From a virus: a stretch of 64,000 nt of DNA. Below the pieces are notes generated by a model. It was not told the origin of the DNA, did not search any database, and saw only the letters and a list, made by a program, of their open reading frames with translations. The position numbers were made by a program, and so were the translations under genes. The DNA lies in the IMG/VR virus record IMGVR_UViG_3300022932_000015, positions 1 to 64,000 of that record, one strand, 5' to 3'. Every line of letters starts with the position of its first letter. Positions within the stretch are counted from its first letter, which is position 1. This document shows positions 1-11,081 of the stretch, piece by piece.

Positions 1-2
1 TT

Positions 3-266
3 AAAGGTTAGGCTATTGATTGGCATAATTATAAGTTAAATAATAACAACTATGATGTTGTTACATTTACTACTAGAGCTAATTCTGGATTACCAGAAGT
101 ATATGTTAACTATAAAGTTACAGATAATAATGGCAACACTCTTGATATGAGAACTTTACCATTAACTGAATACAAAACTATTACAGCAAACACTCTTTTA
201 AATTCTCCTGAATTCAGAGCTATTAATAAAGAGAAAGAAAATAAAGTAGATTTTAATACTAAATAA
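3..266 (+). CDS. 3' end of upstream gene (probable virion-associated protein), partial
   Basis: Frame 3 is open from 12 to TAA 264-266 and ends 5 nt before the RNAP ATG; one in-frame TAG at 9-11. Confidence 0.55.
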
Positions 267-271
267 GGAAC

Positions 272-3200
272 ATGCCTGTAAATCCAAAAAAATTATCAAG
301 TCTTTCAGAGAGACTTGGAGAAACTTCTACTACTCTTACTACTGACTTATTAAAGAATAGATTAGCAGAATCTAATACTTATGTAGGGAACATTGCACCT
401 ACATACGGTGAATCTCAATATGATGAGAGTGCTCCAGTACCTTCAGTTTTAGAAGGAAGCTTAGAAGATTATAGAGGAGAAGTTCAAACTAGGTTGGATA
501 AGATGGCTAATGCTGTTCCTAGACTTTTATCAAAGGTAGGTACTGAAATAGCTAAGACTCCAGGATATGTGTATGCTTTAGGAGAATCAGGTTTAACTGA
601 CAAAACCTTAGCAGAATCTTTAGACAATGCATGGTTAAATAATTTAGACAAATTTGATCAATCTGTTAAAAAGCAATTTGAAATTTATAAACCTAAGTCT
701 GTAAGAGAAGGTAATATATGGGATAATTTAACTTCAACTTCTTTCTGGACAGATGAAGGTGTTGATGGAGCAGGATTTTTATTATCTATGATAGCTCCTG
801 GAGCTGCATTGAAAGCAACAGGCATTGCAGGCAAGCTAGCTAAGTTACCTGTACTAAGTAAAATAGGAGCTTCTAATATTGAATTAGGGCAAGCTACATT
901 ATTAAATACTTCATTAGAATCAGCAGCTGAAGCAAAAGGTATTGTTGATAACTTGAAAGAACAATTTAATGGATTATTAAATCCAGACTCCCCAACTTAT
1001 AATCCTATAAATCCTAAGACAGGTGAAACTTGGACTAAAGAAGAGGTGAATAATGCTATTGGCGAAGCTGGGGTTAGTACATTTCAAATGAATATGGGCT
1101 TATTATTAGTTCCAAATATCATTATGAATAAGAATCTACTAGGTAGATTTAATAATTCAAAAACTATACTCGATGAATTTAAAGATGCTACTGGTAAATT
1201 TGTTACTACAAACCCTATAGTTAAGAAATCTTTAGTAAAAGAATACTCAAAAGGTATTGGAGAAGCTGCATTATCAGAAGGATTTCTAGAGGAAGCTGGA
1301 CAAACAACTATAGAGAACTACAACAAAAAAGTAGCACTTAACCAAACTAATGGTGAAGTGTTAACAGGATTGGCTTCTGAGTATTTAGAAACATTAGCTT
1401 CAACAGAAGGGCAGAAAGCTATTTTGCTTGGTTCTGTGTTAGGTAGTTTAGGTGGAGCTACTGGTAAATCTAGACAATTAAAGCAAGATAATATAACAAG
1501 ATCTAAACTTACTGATCTTATTAATGATAACTTTGAAGGTTTTAGTGTTTCAATGGATAATATTATTGATAAAGATGAGCAGGGGAATGTCATTATAGAT
1601 CCTGAGACTAATAGCCCTAAGATAAATGTTAATGAAGCTACCAAAGTAGTTTCTAACCTAGTTAAAGAACAACAATCTACAAACCTTCAGGATCTAGAAG
1701 CTCTTAAAGGTAATAAAGATTTATATGATTACATTTTTAATCAACAACTATCCAGATTTGCTATACCTTATCTTCAACAAGAAGGTGGAGAGGAAATATT
1801 AAATCAACATATTGACAATCTATCTAAAGATTTAACAAAGGCCAATCAGAACAATTTTCAAGAGAATGAGTTCAAGGGACAAATTAAGTCTCAAATAAAG
1901 GATTTGAAATCTGTCTACACTGGATTAGTAGACACTATAAATAATTTACCATTAGAACAACTATCTAATAACTATGAGCTAGTTGGTAAATTTAGTGATA
2001 AATTGCTAAATACTGCTTACCAAGAATCAAGCAAACAATTATTTCTAACAAAAAAGATTAAGGAATTAAGTAATCAATTACTTTCTATAAGAGCTACAGC
2101 TCAAGAAAATGTATCTCAATTTAATATTGAAGCAGAAAAATTAACTAATCGTATAGAATCTCTGAATCAATCTTTAGAAATATCTAAAGAAAACTATAAT
2201 GCTATCTTTGATCCAGAACAACAAAAAGCTGCATTTGAAGACTTTAGTGTACAGGAAGAAGAAAATGAACCTGAAGTTAAACAAGAAGTTCCTATTCCAG
2301 AAACTAGTGAGCCAGTAGAAGAAACCCCTACGTATACTCAGAATTCAGAACTAGATAATGAAGTTAAGCAAGCTAAAACCAAAGAGGATTTAGATAGTAT
2401 ATTTGATAAATACTTTGATGAAACAAATGGTGAAGAATTAGAAAATATATTAACATCAAGAAATAAAGTAATAGATGAGCAAAATTCCCACTTAGTTGGA
2501 GTAGATCAGGTTAATAGTGTTATAGAAAGTCTTAACAAAGAAGATCATGAAGCAGAGTTAAGAGATATAAAATCTAATCTTGAATCAATAAAAAATTTAA
2601 CTTCTTATGATAATTATGACACTTCCTTCAAACAAACCTTAGAGGATACTTTAGGAAGAGTAAATAACGTATTAGATGATGTTGTTAGTGAAGATGATAA
2701 CATAGTTAATGAAGCTTCTAATAATACAATATCTTTAATTATACAAAACCAGGATATTGAAAGTACTAATCCATTAGGATTACAAGATTCTATACAGAAT
2801 GTAAAATCATTTAGTACTAAAGTTTACAATACAGTCATGATGAAACTTTTTGAATCTAAATATTCAAAAGGAAAAGGATTACAGTTTGTAAAAAATAATG
2901 AGGGAGAAGCTGTTAAAACAAGTACTACAATTAGTATGGTAGTTAACAATCCTAACATTGTTAAAAAAGGAGATGTCATAAGTTTTGAAATAACTACTCT
3001 TGAAGGAGATCAGAATTTAGATAATGAAGCAAATATTGCTATCTCTAAAGAGATAATTAATAGAGATACAGATGATCTATACTCAGTAGCAGATAAGGAA
3101 TTTGGGAAATATTATAGAGAATCTATAGCAATTAGACACAAAGACTCTAATGAAATCATAGGATTTGTTGCTTTGCCTCATGCTTTATCTGAAGTATCAG

Positions 3201-6200
3201 AAGATACTATAGAATCAAAGCAAGCTAGATTGGATATTAGAAATCAATTAATAGCTCAGAGGAAAAGAATAATAGATTTACTAAATAATAATGAGGTAGT
3301 TGAAACTACTATATTTGATAAAGGACCAGGAAAATTATTACTAAAATCAGATAAGGATGGTATCCCAATCATGAGTTCTATTATATCTAGAAATCAGGAT
3401 TTAATAGATGGTAGAGATATATATGTAGTTGACAAAGGTTATGATCTATCTGGTAATATAGAAGGCTTTGGTATCCCTAACAAAGAAGATTTTGTAAAAG
3501 CTTCTGATAGGTTAGCTATTAATGAATTGTTTAGTAAATTATCTGGAAGAACTTTTTCTGATACATCTGGTAATAATAAAGGTAGAGTATTTAAAGCAGT
3601 AAAAAACTCTAATAATACTTGGTCTCTAATTCCTGTTTATGCTACCTCTATTGGAGCAGAAAAGGCAGAGAAGATTATTAAAAAATTAAAAACCTTTGTT
3701 TCACAAGTTGGAGGAGTATACACACCAAACTTAAAAGCTATCTACAGTGAGTTAGGTAAAGATGTTTATATTACTAATACTGATAAGAGAGGTGTCTTAA
3801 AAATAGACAATTTTAAAATTAATGGTAAACAGTGGGGTGCATTGTTTAACAATCCTAGTTTTGAAAAAGAATTATTAGACAACATTAGTAAAGCTAAAAA
3901 TAATATTATTACTCAATTATTGAATACTGATAATGGTATAAAGGATATTTTAGAGACTAATGCTTACCAAGAAGATGGAGAATATTTTGTACAGCCATAT
4001 ATTGAATTTACAGGTATCCAAACTACTAATGTAGTAGAGACTCAAGAAATAATTGAGGAAAAACCTATTAATAGTACTGAAAAATTATCTAATGATAAAT
4101 TAGATTTGCCTGAAGATGTATTAGGACTTGATATTTTAGATGAAGAAGTATTTACATCTAAATCAACTAAAGGAAAATTAAATAGAAAAAATATAACTGA
4201 ATTTCTAGAAACAAATCTTCCTGGTATTACCTTAGCTGATCAAGACTTAGTATCACAAGTTAAACCATATGTAAAAGATGCTGTAGGTATGTTTTATAGA
4301 AGTACTATTTATTTATTTAAGGATAGTACTAATAACACTGCTTACCATGAAGCTTTTCATGGAGTTTTCAGAAATATACTTTCGGTAGATGAAAGATCTG
4401 CTGTAATACATCAAGCTAAAGCTTACTATTCAGCTCCATCTATTGAAGAGTTGAATAATCTTAGTTATACAATAACTCCTGAAACTAGAGCTAAATTAAC
4501 AGAAAAGCAGTTAACTGATGCTTTAAAACAACTTTACTATGAAGAGAAGTTAGCAGACTCATTTGCTGACTATACAGAATTAGTACAGGAAAAAACTCTA
4601 GGGGATAAAATAAAAGATTTCTTTAGAAAATTATTCAGAATATTTAACCTGTTTAAAAGATATAATGAAGATCAAATAACTTCATTGTTTGATAGTATTA
4701 ATACTGGTAAATATTCTGAGAGATCTAAGACTACACAGTTTGATAGAGCTATAACAAGTGAACTATTAAATCCTGCTTATAAAAAACCTGATAACATTCC
4801 TATCTCTGAATTTTTAGATAGAAGTAAATCTATTGAAGATGTATTCTACTATAGACTTAATCAACAGTTAGAATTAGGTCTTACAATGGAGAAAATAAGA
4901 ATTGGTGATATTTTTAATAGCATTAGACAAGACTATAGATCTAAAGCTATAGAATTTAACAAAGTGGGGGAAAAGTACAAATCTGCAGTAAGTACTAATG
5001 TATATAACAACTGGGATAGCTATGTTGAACAAGTTATAGCTAATTTACAGAAAAGGAAGATTAAAATAAAAGTTAAAGATAATAATGAGATAGAGAGTCT
5101 AGACACCAATGGTATACCAGATACAACTAATAATGTTGAAAATATGGATATTGAAAATGTTGAGGTTGGTATAAATAAATCTTATGGTCAAGAAATGACA
5201 GCTATTTCTGGAATTAGATCTGCAGGAGACAAGCTTAAATTGTTTCTTTCTGCTCTACCAATATTAGAAGACAATAGAATTAAAACAGATGCTTATGGTT
5301 TTGAACAATTCTATGATTATGAAAGAATATATTATCAGCTAGAAATTTACTTACTTGAAAAACCAACGTTTGAAGAGCAGTATGATGAAATAAAATATCT
5401 GGCTACTTATAAGCCTGAGATGTATCAAGTATTAAAAGCTTTGGATACTTTAAAAGGTGAAAGTGGAGAGCAGATAAAGAAACAATTTAGAACTAACTTC
5501 TATAAACAACAATTAAAATTTAAATTAGTATTGTTTGAAAAAAGTAGAGCTGACGGAAAATATAGTTTCAAGATAGTTGATTCTAATAGGAAAGATATAA
5601 AAAGATCTATTACTAGTGATTGGACAAATAATTTGATAGACCCATCTAGAACTAAAGAGAATCTTGTTAGATTTGAAAATTCAGAATATAAATTAGATCA
5701 AGATAAAATAAAGAAATTAGTAACTGAGTTTGAGAATACAGCTTTGACTGAAGACTATGCTTTTAACACATTATACAGATTAGGTATTGAATTTAAAAGA
5801 GAAGATTTTTCTAAAGTATATAAATCAAATGAGGGAATAATCTCAACTAATATAAAAAATTACTTAAACTCTTTAGCTTCAAAAGAAGTTACTAGAAAAG
5901 GTAGAGAAGCATTTGAATGGTTTGTTAACCAGCAAGTAGTATTTAACCAAAGTTTATTTACACAATCATTTAACAATACTGAAAATTCGATTGTATATTC
6001 AATACAGAATAACAGTTTCTCTAGTAGATTAGTAAATAAATTAACTAAGGGGAATAATAGTGGATTCATTAATGATCTAAAGAGAGATCCTATTTATAAG
6101 TACTTAAGTATGCTTGAAGCTCCTTACATAGCTAAGAGCTTAAGAACTTTTGCTATAGATGGTTTAAAAGATGGCGTTGGTGAAAATATAGGCAAAAAAT

Positions 6201-9200
6201 ATAGAAGCATACATCCAGATGATTATACAGCTATGGCTATTGCAGCTTATCTTAATGAATCAGGAAATCAATCTACTCAAGGATTAAGTACTGCAATTTA
6301 CACACCTATAGTACCTTCTGAGAAAACTCAAGCATTCCTAAACCAAGGACCTAAATACTTAGGATTCATAATTAATGAAAATGGAGTATTAGAAGAGACT
6401 TCTGATACACAAAGATTTAATAAGATCTTCTGGTTAGAAGCAGATAGAATAAAAAGAGCAAATAAAGATAGAGATTTATATAATTCTGAAACAGAATTGA
6501 TTAATCAAGGTAGATTAGATAAAAGAACTTTTAATCCTAATCCAAATTATCATGGTAAAAATTTTAATGGTAATGCTTACAAATTCAGTATATTAAATTA
6601 TTCTAAGGCTTTAGATCCGAAAGGAGATTTATATAATGCAATATTTAATGAATTCAATAATTCTGAATTGGATGCTTCTCAGTTTTTTGGAGATTCTAGA
6701 AAATTTGTAAAAGAAATAAATGCTGAAATACTTACAATACTAAATAACAAATATAAAAACCAACTAGATAGTCTTATTGATTCTGGTATAATAAAAACTT
6801 CTTCAGAAGGATTGTTAACTTCTAATGTAATAGATCTAGCTTCTTATAATCCTCTTCAGCAAATAAGTGAAGATTCTAAATTAAAAAATCTAGTTGCAGA
6901 ATTCACACTAAACACTAGTTTGTTTAATATAGAATACTCATTGTTAATGAATGGGGATCCTGCTTATTACAAGGACAAGAGTGATTGGGCTAAAAGGTTT
7001 TATCAATCACAAGCTGAAACTAGTAGCTATGACTCTAGTGATTTTGAAGATGGTAGGATACAAATAATGGCTTTCAATGATATTGAAGAGTCTTTAAATA
7101 AAGATTCTTATAATGATATTATTGAAATGACCAAAGATTTGCCTAATAATGCTACTACTAAATCTATTCTAGACTCTGATTATTCAGAATCTAATAGTAT
7201 TAATGTAGCTGATGCCCAGTTTTATGTCAGTGATGATTTATATGCAAAGTTATTGAAATCTCAAGGTAAGACTACGTTTGAAATATCAAAAGCTTTAGCA
7301 ATAGGTAATGGTAGTACTCAGGGTATTAATTCTAGAGATTATCATCAACAATTATCTATTCTTAAAACATTCACTTATGGAGTTCAATGGAATGACAATA
7401 CAGCTAGATATGAACCTATACAGATTAAGTGTGCCGTATTACCACTTACACCATCATTAGTAGCAGACAATCCTTTATTAAAAAAGAGTTTGGATAGGAT
7501 GAAAGCTAATCCAGATGGTCCACAAGCAATGGCATTTAAATCTACTTTCAAAGCTTTACAACCAAGCTATCAAAATATTGAGGATGTAGAGAATTTTGAT
7601 ATAAGCAAGGTTGTTAATTTAGAGGTTGAGAATATGGGTCTTCAAGTTGATAATCCTAACCATGGGTTAGACGGAGAGAATAGTTCAACTAGACAATTAA
7701 AAATGTTATTCTATGGTATGTTAGATAATGAAACTTCTTATAATGGAGTTTTAGGAAAAGATATTAAGTATGAGTTACAACAATTAGAGTCTAAGAATAA
7801 CTTAGAGTCTTTAAATAAATTACTAGATCTTTTTAACAGAAAAGATGAAAGATTACTTAGAATGATTCAAGAAGCAGCTACTAAGAGAAATGCTACTTCA
7901 ATTGTTCAGAAGGTATTTGATATTGATCCAAATACTGGTGATTTTAGATACCCTCTTGATACTCTACCAACTAGACAAACTATAGAATTACTTTCAAGTA
8001 TATTCACTAAGAATGTAGTTTTACAAGAATTTAGAGGTGGTGCTATGGTTCAAGCCTCAGCTTTAGGTTTTCAATTCAAATCTGAATTTAGTAATCTTGA
8101 GGAACAACAAGCATTGGTAGAAGGAACTAAGGAGTTATCTGATATACAAACAAGTTTAAAATGGATAAGGAAGGAAGATGATACTAAAATAGATTATATT
8201 GAAGTAGCTCTTCCATATTACTATTCTGATTTTTTAGATAATAACGGTCAATTTAAAAAAGATATTCCTGAGGAATTATTAAGGATAATTGGTTATAGGA
8301 TTCCTACAGAAGGAGCTCACTCAATGTTACCACTTAAGGTAGTAAAATTCTTACCTAAAGAATATGGTAATGTCATTTTGTTACCTTATGAAATTACCAA
8401 GCAGATGGGAGCTGACTTTGACTTTGATAAGATTTATTTCTTATCAAGAGAATATTATATGAAAGGTAAAGCTTTAGAAGTATATAAATATTCTACAAAC
8501 CCAGAAAATACTGATTTAAGATATGAACAATATATTAACAGTGTATTAAATGAGAACAAGGAAGCTTTAAAAGTTAAGAGAGATGCTAGAGAAGATGCTA
8601 AAGCAGTTAATAAATTAGCTAGAGAAGCTGGAGAAGAGGAATATAAGTATACATTCCAAGATGATATTAATCTATTAGTAGATGAAGGATATATTATTTC
8701 TAGAGAAGATTTTAACAATCTTGGTATTGAAGACCAATTAACTAAAGAAGCTAGGAATAATAGAATCTTAGATTTATATACAGCTGTGTTGAGAGATGTT
8801 AATACATTAAACTCACTTATTGCTCCTTCTGGTCCTGGAGATATCTCATTAGTTTATAATGAGGTAGCTAAATATAAAACCAAAGAAACTCAAGATTATT
8901 TTAGTTTCTTAGGACAATTAGGAATTAAAAAATTATTTGATGACATTATAGGTTTAAAAGGTCAATCAGCACTAAAAGTTACAGGACACTCATTTGTTAG
9001 TTTAGGAAACTTAATAGCAAATGAAAATCCATTTTCTTATAGAGAAGGTGAGAATGTAACTAGTGTTTCTAGCCTGTCTCAGACAGAAAGTAGACAAGGT
9101 AATAAAATAGTTGAAGAATTATCTTCTATGATGGCTGCTATTTTAGATGCCGTTAAAACACCAACAATGCTACCATACTTAAATATATCTTCAAAAACTA

Positions 9201-11080
9201 TTAATATATGGTCTACAATAGTTAGATTTGGTATGGGGACTAAAGTAGCTTCAGAATTCACTGCACAGGAATCTGTAGGTATAATATCAGAAAGATTGAT
9301 GTCTAATGATAAACAAATAAAAGATGGTAATCAATTTAATAACAAAGTAGTAGATGAAGTATTTGATTTATACAAATCTAAATTCTTAGCTATTTATAAT
9401 AATTATGATCCAGGAGACATATCATTACAATTATTTGGTAGATCTTTTAGTGATACTAAAACCTTAAATAATTTATTAAATTCTACCGTAGTTGATTTGG
9501 ATAAATTAACTATTTATACAGGTAAATCTGAAGATGTAGTTAGAAAAGAATTAAAGGATGAGAAGCTATTATTAGATTTTTATCTTACTCAAATGAATGT
9601 AGTTAAATCCTTCCAGAACCTTGAAAGCTTATCTAAGAAATTACAGCAAGTTGACAGTATATTTGGATTGAATAAAGAGGTTGGCCCTACTTTTGAAACA
9701 ACTAATGGTAAACAAGAGGTAATAAGTGAAGTTAATACCTATGAGGCAGATGAGGATGGATCTGGAGTATTTATAGGTATCCAGGATCTTCTTCAGGAAC
9801 CTATTATTAACTCATACATTAATATCAATACTGAATTCTTTAATCAACTAAACGACAGGTTTGGGTTTGCGAATGAATACTATAATTCAATAAAAAGATA
9901 TATTGCAAAAAATCTAAATGTTAAAAATGATAGAGGATTAACAGGATTAAAGCCTAAGGATAGAGACTCAATTAATTCATTTATAACAACATATTTAGAT
10001 GCATATTCAACAATGGCTGATAGCTATAATACTTCATCTGATGAATCAGGCTTCACTGATACTGAGTTAGTAGATGAAATCACCAAATTGAAATCTCCAA
10101 AATTTGATGAAAAATATGAATGGAAGATATTTGGTGGTAAAACTATTAAACAATCTACAAAAAGAATGTTTGAAGAGTCTTCTTTAATGCAACATCTTAA
10201 AACTAGAATTCTAGATAATTCTAATATAAAGGTAATATCTCTAAAAGGTAATAGACTTGAATTGTCTCAAAAAGAAAAGATTATTGCTGATATTAACAAA
10301 CTCTATAAAAACCCAAACAGTAAAGGCTTAATAGAAGGTTTAGTAAATCATAGTTTTAAATATTCAGGCTTTTATACAGGACTAGATAGCTATCATAGTT
10401 TAATTGATCCTGAGATTTTACAAGAAATGGGATTTGTTAAGAATAGACAGATATTAAAAGAAATTATCAATTCAAATAGTGATAATACAATTAAAAGTGA
10501 TATATTTGTAGGTAGATTAATTGATCAACTTATCAGAAATAATGTGAAGCTAACAAAAACATTTGACTTGGATTTAGTAAAAGGAGATTCTTTGTTTATT
10601 AAAACAAGCGATGGATTCAGAGTAAATTATGAAACTACACATCCTAGGAGTACTGAGTTATTTAAATTAGATGATAATGGAGAATATATTTTAAATGAAT
10701 ATATTAGAATATATTTAGATGATAAAGCACAAGGATTTAAAGGTAGTAAATTGTTTAAGCTAGAAGGTAATGTTTATAAAGAAACTAGTAAGTTGGGAAT
10801 ACCAGGACATTTGGTTGAGATAAATCCATTCTTTGATTTACAAAAATCAACCTATCAACCAAATAACTATACTAAGTTTGGTACAGTAGTTAAAGAATTA
10901 ACTCCATCAGAAGAACAAGTAGTAGAAGGAGAGAACAATGAAGCTAATGAAATTAAAGATGAGTATAGTAGCATGACTTCTGATGATATGGATATATTAA
11001 ACCAACAATCATCAGACATAATTAATCCAGATAATATTACTCCTGATGAGGAGTTACCAGATAATATAAAACCTTGTTAA
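272..11080 (+). CDS. Giant virion-packaged RNA polymerase (crAss-like vRNAP) with zincin-like domain
   Basis: 3602 aa; GYRIP...MGADFDFDK catalytic DxDxD motif; HEAFH...EEKLAD zincin motif; crAss-like gene context. Confidence 0.9.
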   Translation: MPVNPKKLSSLSERLGETSTTLTTDLLKNRLAESNTYVGNIAPTYGESQYDESAPVPSVLEGSLEDYRGEVQTRLDKMANAVPRLLSKVGTEIAKTPGYVYALGESGLTDKTLAESLDNAWLNNLDKFDQSVKKQFEIYKPKSVREGNIWDNLTSTSFWTDEGVDGAGFLLSMIAPGAALKATGIAGKLAKLPVLSKIGASNIELGQATLLNTSLESAAEAKGIVDNLKEQFNGLLNPDSPTYNPINPKTGETWTKEEVNNAIGEAGVSTFQMNMGLLLVPNIIMNKNLLGRFNNSKTILDEFKDATGKFVTTNPIVKKSLVKEYSKGIGEAALSEGFLEEAGQTTIENYNKKVALNQTNGEVLTGLASEYLETLASTEGQKAILLGSVLGSLGGATGKSRQLKQDNITRSKLTDLINDNFEGFSVSMDNIIDKDEQGNVIIDPETNSPKINVNEATKVVSNLVKEQQSTNLQDLEALKGNKDLYDYIFNQQLSRFAIPYLQQEGGEEILNQHIDNLSKDLTKANQNNFQENEFKGQIKSQIKDLKSVYTGLVDTINNLPLEQLSNNYELVGKFSDKLLNTAYQESSKQLFLTKKIKELSNQLLSIRATAQENVSQFNIEAEKLTNRIESLNQSLEISKENYNAIFDPEQQKAAFEDFSVQEEENEPEVKQEVPIPETSEPVEETPTYTQNSELDNEVKQAKTKEDLDSIFDKYFDETNGEELENILTSRNKVIDEQNSHLVGVDQVNSVIESLNKEDHEAELRDIKSNLESIKNLTSYDNYDTSFKQTLEDTLGRVNNVLDDVVSEDDNIVNEASNNTISLIIQNQDIESTNPLGLQDSIQNVKSFSTKVYNTVMMKLFESKYSKGKGLQFVKNNEGEAVKTSTTISMVVNNPNIVKKGDVISFEITTLEGDQNLDNEANIAISKEIINRDTDDLYSVADKEFGKYYRESIAIRHKDSNEIIGFVALPHALSEVSEDTIESKQARLDIRNQLIAQRKRIIDLLNNNEVVETTIFDKGPGKLLLKSDKDGIPIMSSIISRNQDLIDGRDIYVVDKGYDLSGNIEGFGIPNKEDFVKASDRLAINELFSKLSGRTFSDTSGNNKGRVFKAVKNSNNTWSLIPVYATSIGAEKAEKIIKKLKTFVSQVGGVYTPNLKAIYSELGKDVYITNTDKRGVLKIDNFKINGKQWGALFNNPSFEKELLDNISKAKNNIITQLLNTDNGIKDILETNAYQEDGEYFVQPYIEFTGIQTTNVVETQEIIEEKPINSTEKLSNDKLDLPEDVLGLDILDEEVFTSKSTKGKLNRKNITEFLETNLPGITLADQDLVSQVKPYVKDAVGMFYRSTIYLFKDSTNNTAYHEAFHGVFRNILSVDERSAVIHQAKAYYSAPSIEELNNLSYTITPETRAKLTEKQLTDALKQLYYEEKLADSFADYTELVQEKTLGDKIKDFFRKLFRIFNLFKRYNEDQITSLFDSINTGKYSERSKTTQFDRAITSELLNPAYKKPDNIPISEFLDRSKSIEDVFYYRLNQQLELGLTMEKIRIGDIFNSIRQDYRSKAIEFNKVGEKYKSAVSTNVYNNWDSYVEQVIANLQKRKIKIKVKDNNEIESLDTNGIPDTTNNVENMDIENVEVGINKSYGQEMTAISGIRSAGDKLKLFLSALPILEDNRIKTDAYGFEQFYDYERIYYQLEIYLLEKPTFEEQYDEIKYLATYKPEMYQVLKALDTLKGESGEQIKKQFRTNFYKQQLKFKLVLFEKSRADGKYSFKIVDSNRKDIKRSITSDWTNNLIDPSRTKENLVRFENSEYKLDQDKIKKLVTEFENTALTEDYAFNTLYRLGIEFKREDFSKVYKSNEGIISTNIKNYLNSLASKEVTRKGREAFEWFVNQQVVFNQSLFTQSFNNTENSIVYSIQNNSFSSRLVNKLTKGNNSGFINDLKRDPIYKYLSMLEAPYIAKSLRTFAIDGLKDGVGENIGKKYRSIHPDDYTAMAIAAYLNESGNQSTQGLSTAIYTPIVPSEKTQAFLNQGPKYLGFIINENGVLEETSDTQRFNKIFWLEADRIKRANKDRDLYNSETELINQGRLDKRTFNPNPNYHGKNFNGNAYKFSILNYSKALDPKGDLYNAIFNEFNNSELDASQFFGDSRKFVKEINAEILTILNNKYKNQLDSLIDSGIIKTSSEGLLTSNVIDLASYNPLQQISEDSKLKNLVAEFTLNTSLFNIEYSLLMNGDPAYYKDKSDWAKRFYQSQAETSSYDSSDFEDGRIQIMAFNDIEESLNKDSYNDIIEMTKDLPNNATTKSILDSDYSESNSINVADAQFYVSDDLYAKLLKSQGKTTFEISKALAIGNGSTQGINSRDYHQQLSILKTFTYGVQWNDNTARYEPIQIKCAVLPLTPSLVADNPLLKKSLDRMKANPDGPQAMAFKSTFKALQPSYQNIEDVENFDISKVVNLEVENMGLQVDNPNHGLDGENSSTRQLKMLFYGMLDNETSYNGVLGKDIKYELQQLESKNNLESLNKLLDLFNRKDERLLRMIQEAATKRNATSIVQKVFDIDPNTGDFRYPLDTLPTRQTIELLSSIFTKNVVLQEFRGGAMVQASALGFQFKSEFSNLEEQQALVEGTKELSDIQTSLKWIRKEDDTKIDYIEVALPYYYSDFLDNNGQFKKDIPEELLRIIGYRIPTEGAHSMLPLKVVKFLPKEYGNVILLPYEITKQMGADFDFDKIYFLSREYYMKGKALEVYKYSTNPENTDLRYEQYINSVLNENKEALKVKRDAREDAKAVNKLAREAGEEEYKYTFQDDINLLVDEGYIISREDFNNLGIEDQLTKEARNNRILDLYTAVLRDVNTLNSLIAPSGPGDISLVYNEVAKYKTKETQDYFSFLGQLGIKKLFDDIIGLKGQSALKVTGHSFVSLGNLIANENPFSYREGENVTSVSSLSQTESRQGNKIVEELSSMMAAILDAVKTPTMLPYLNISSKTINIWSTIVRFGMGTKVASEFTAQESVGIISERLMSNDKQIKDGNQFNNKVVDEVFDLYKSKFLAIYNNYDPGDISLQLFGRSFSDTKTLNNLLNSTVVDLDKLTIYTGKSEDVVRKELKDEKLLLDFYLTQMNVVKSFQNLESLSKKLQQVDSIFGLNKEVGPTFETTNGKQEVISEVNTYEADEDGSGVFIGIQDLLQEPIINSYININTEFFNQLNDRFGFANEYYNSIKRYIAKNLNVKNDRGLTGLKPKDRDSINSFITTYLDAYSTMADSYNTSSDESGFTDTELVDEITKLKSPKFDEKYEWKIFGGKTIKQSTKRMFEESSLMQHLKTRILDNSNIKVISLKGNRLELSQKEKIIADINKLYKNPNSKGLIEGLVNHSFKYSGFYTGLDSYHSLIDPEILQEMGFVKNRQILKEIINSNSDNTIKSDIFVGRLIDQLIRNNVKLTKTFDLDLVKGDSLFIKTSDGFRVNYETTHPRSTELFKLDDNGEYILNEYIRIYLDDKAQGFKGSKLFKLEGNVYKETSKLGIPGHLVEINPFFDLQKSTYQPNNYTKFGTVVKELTPSEEQVVEGENNEANEIKDEYSSMTSDDMDILNQQSSDIINPDNITPDEELPDNIKPC

Positions 11081-11081
11081 T

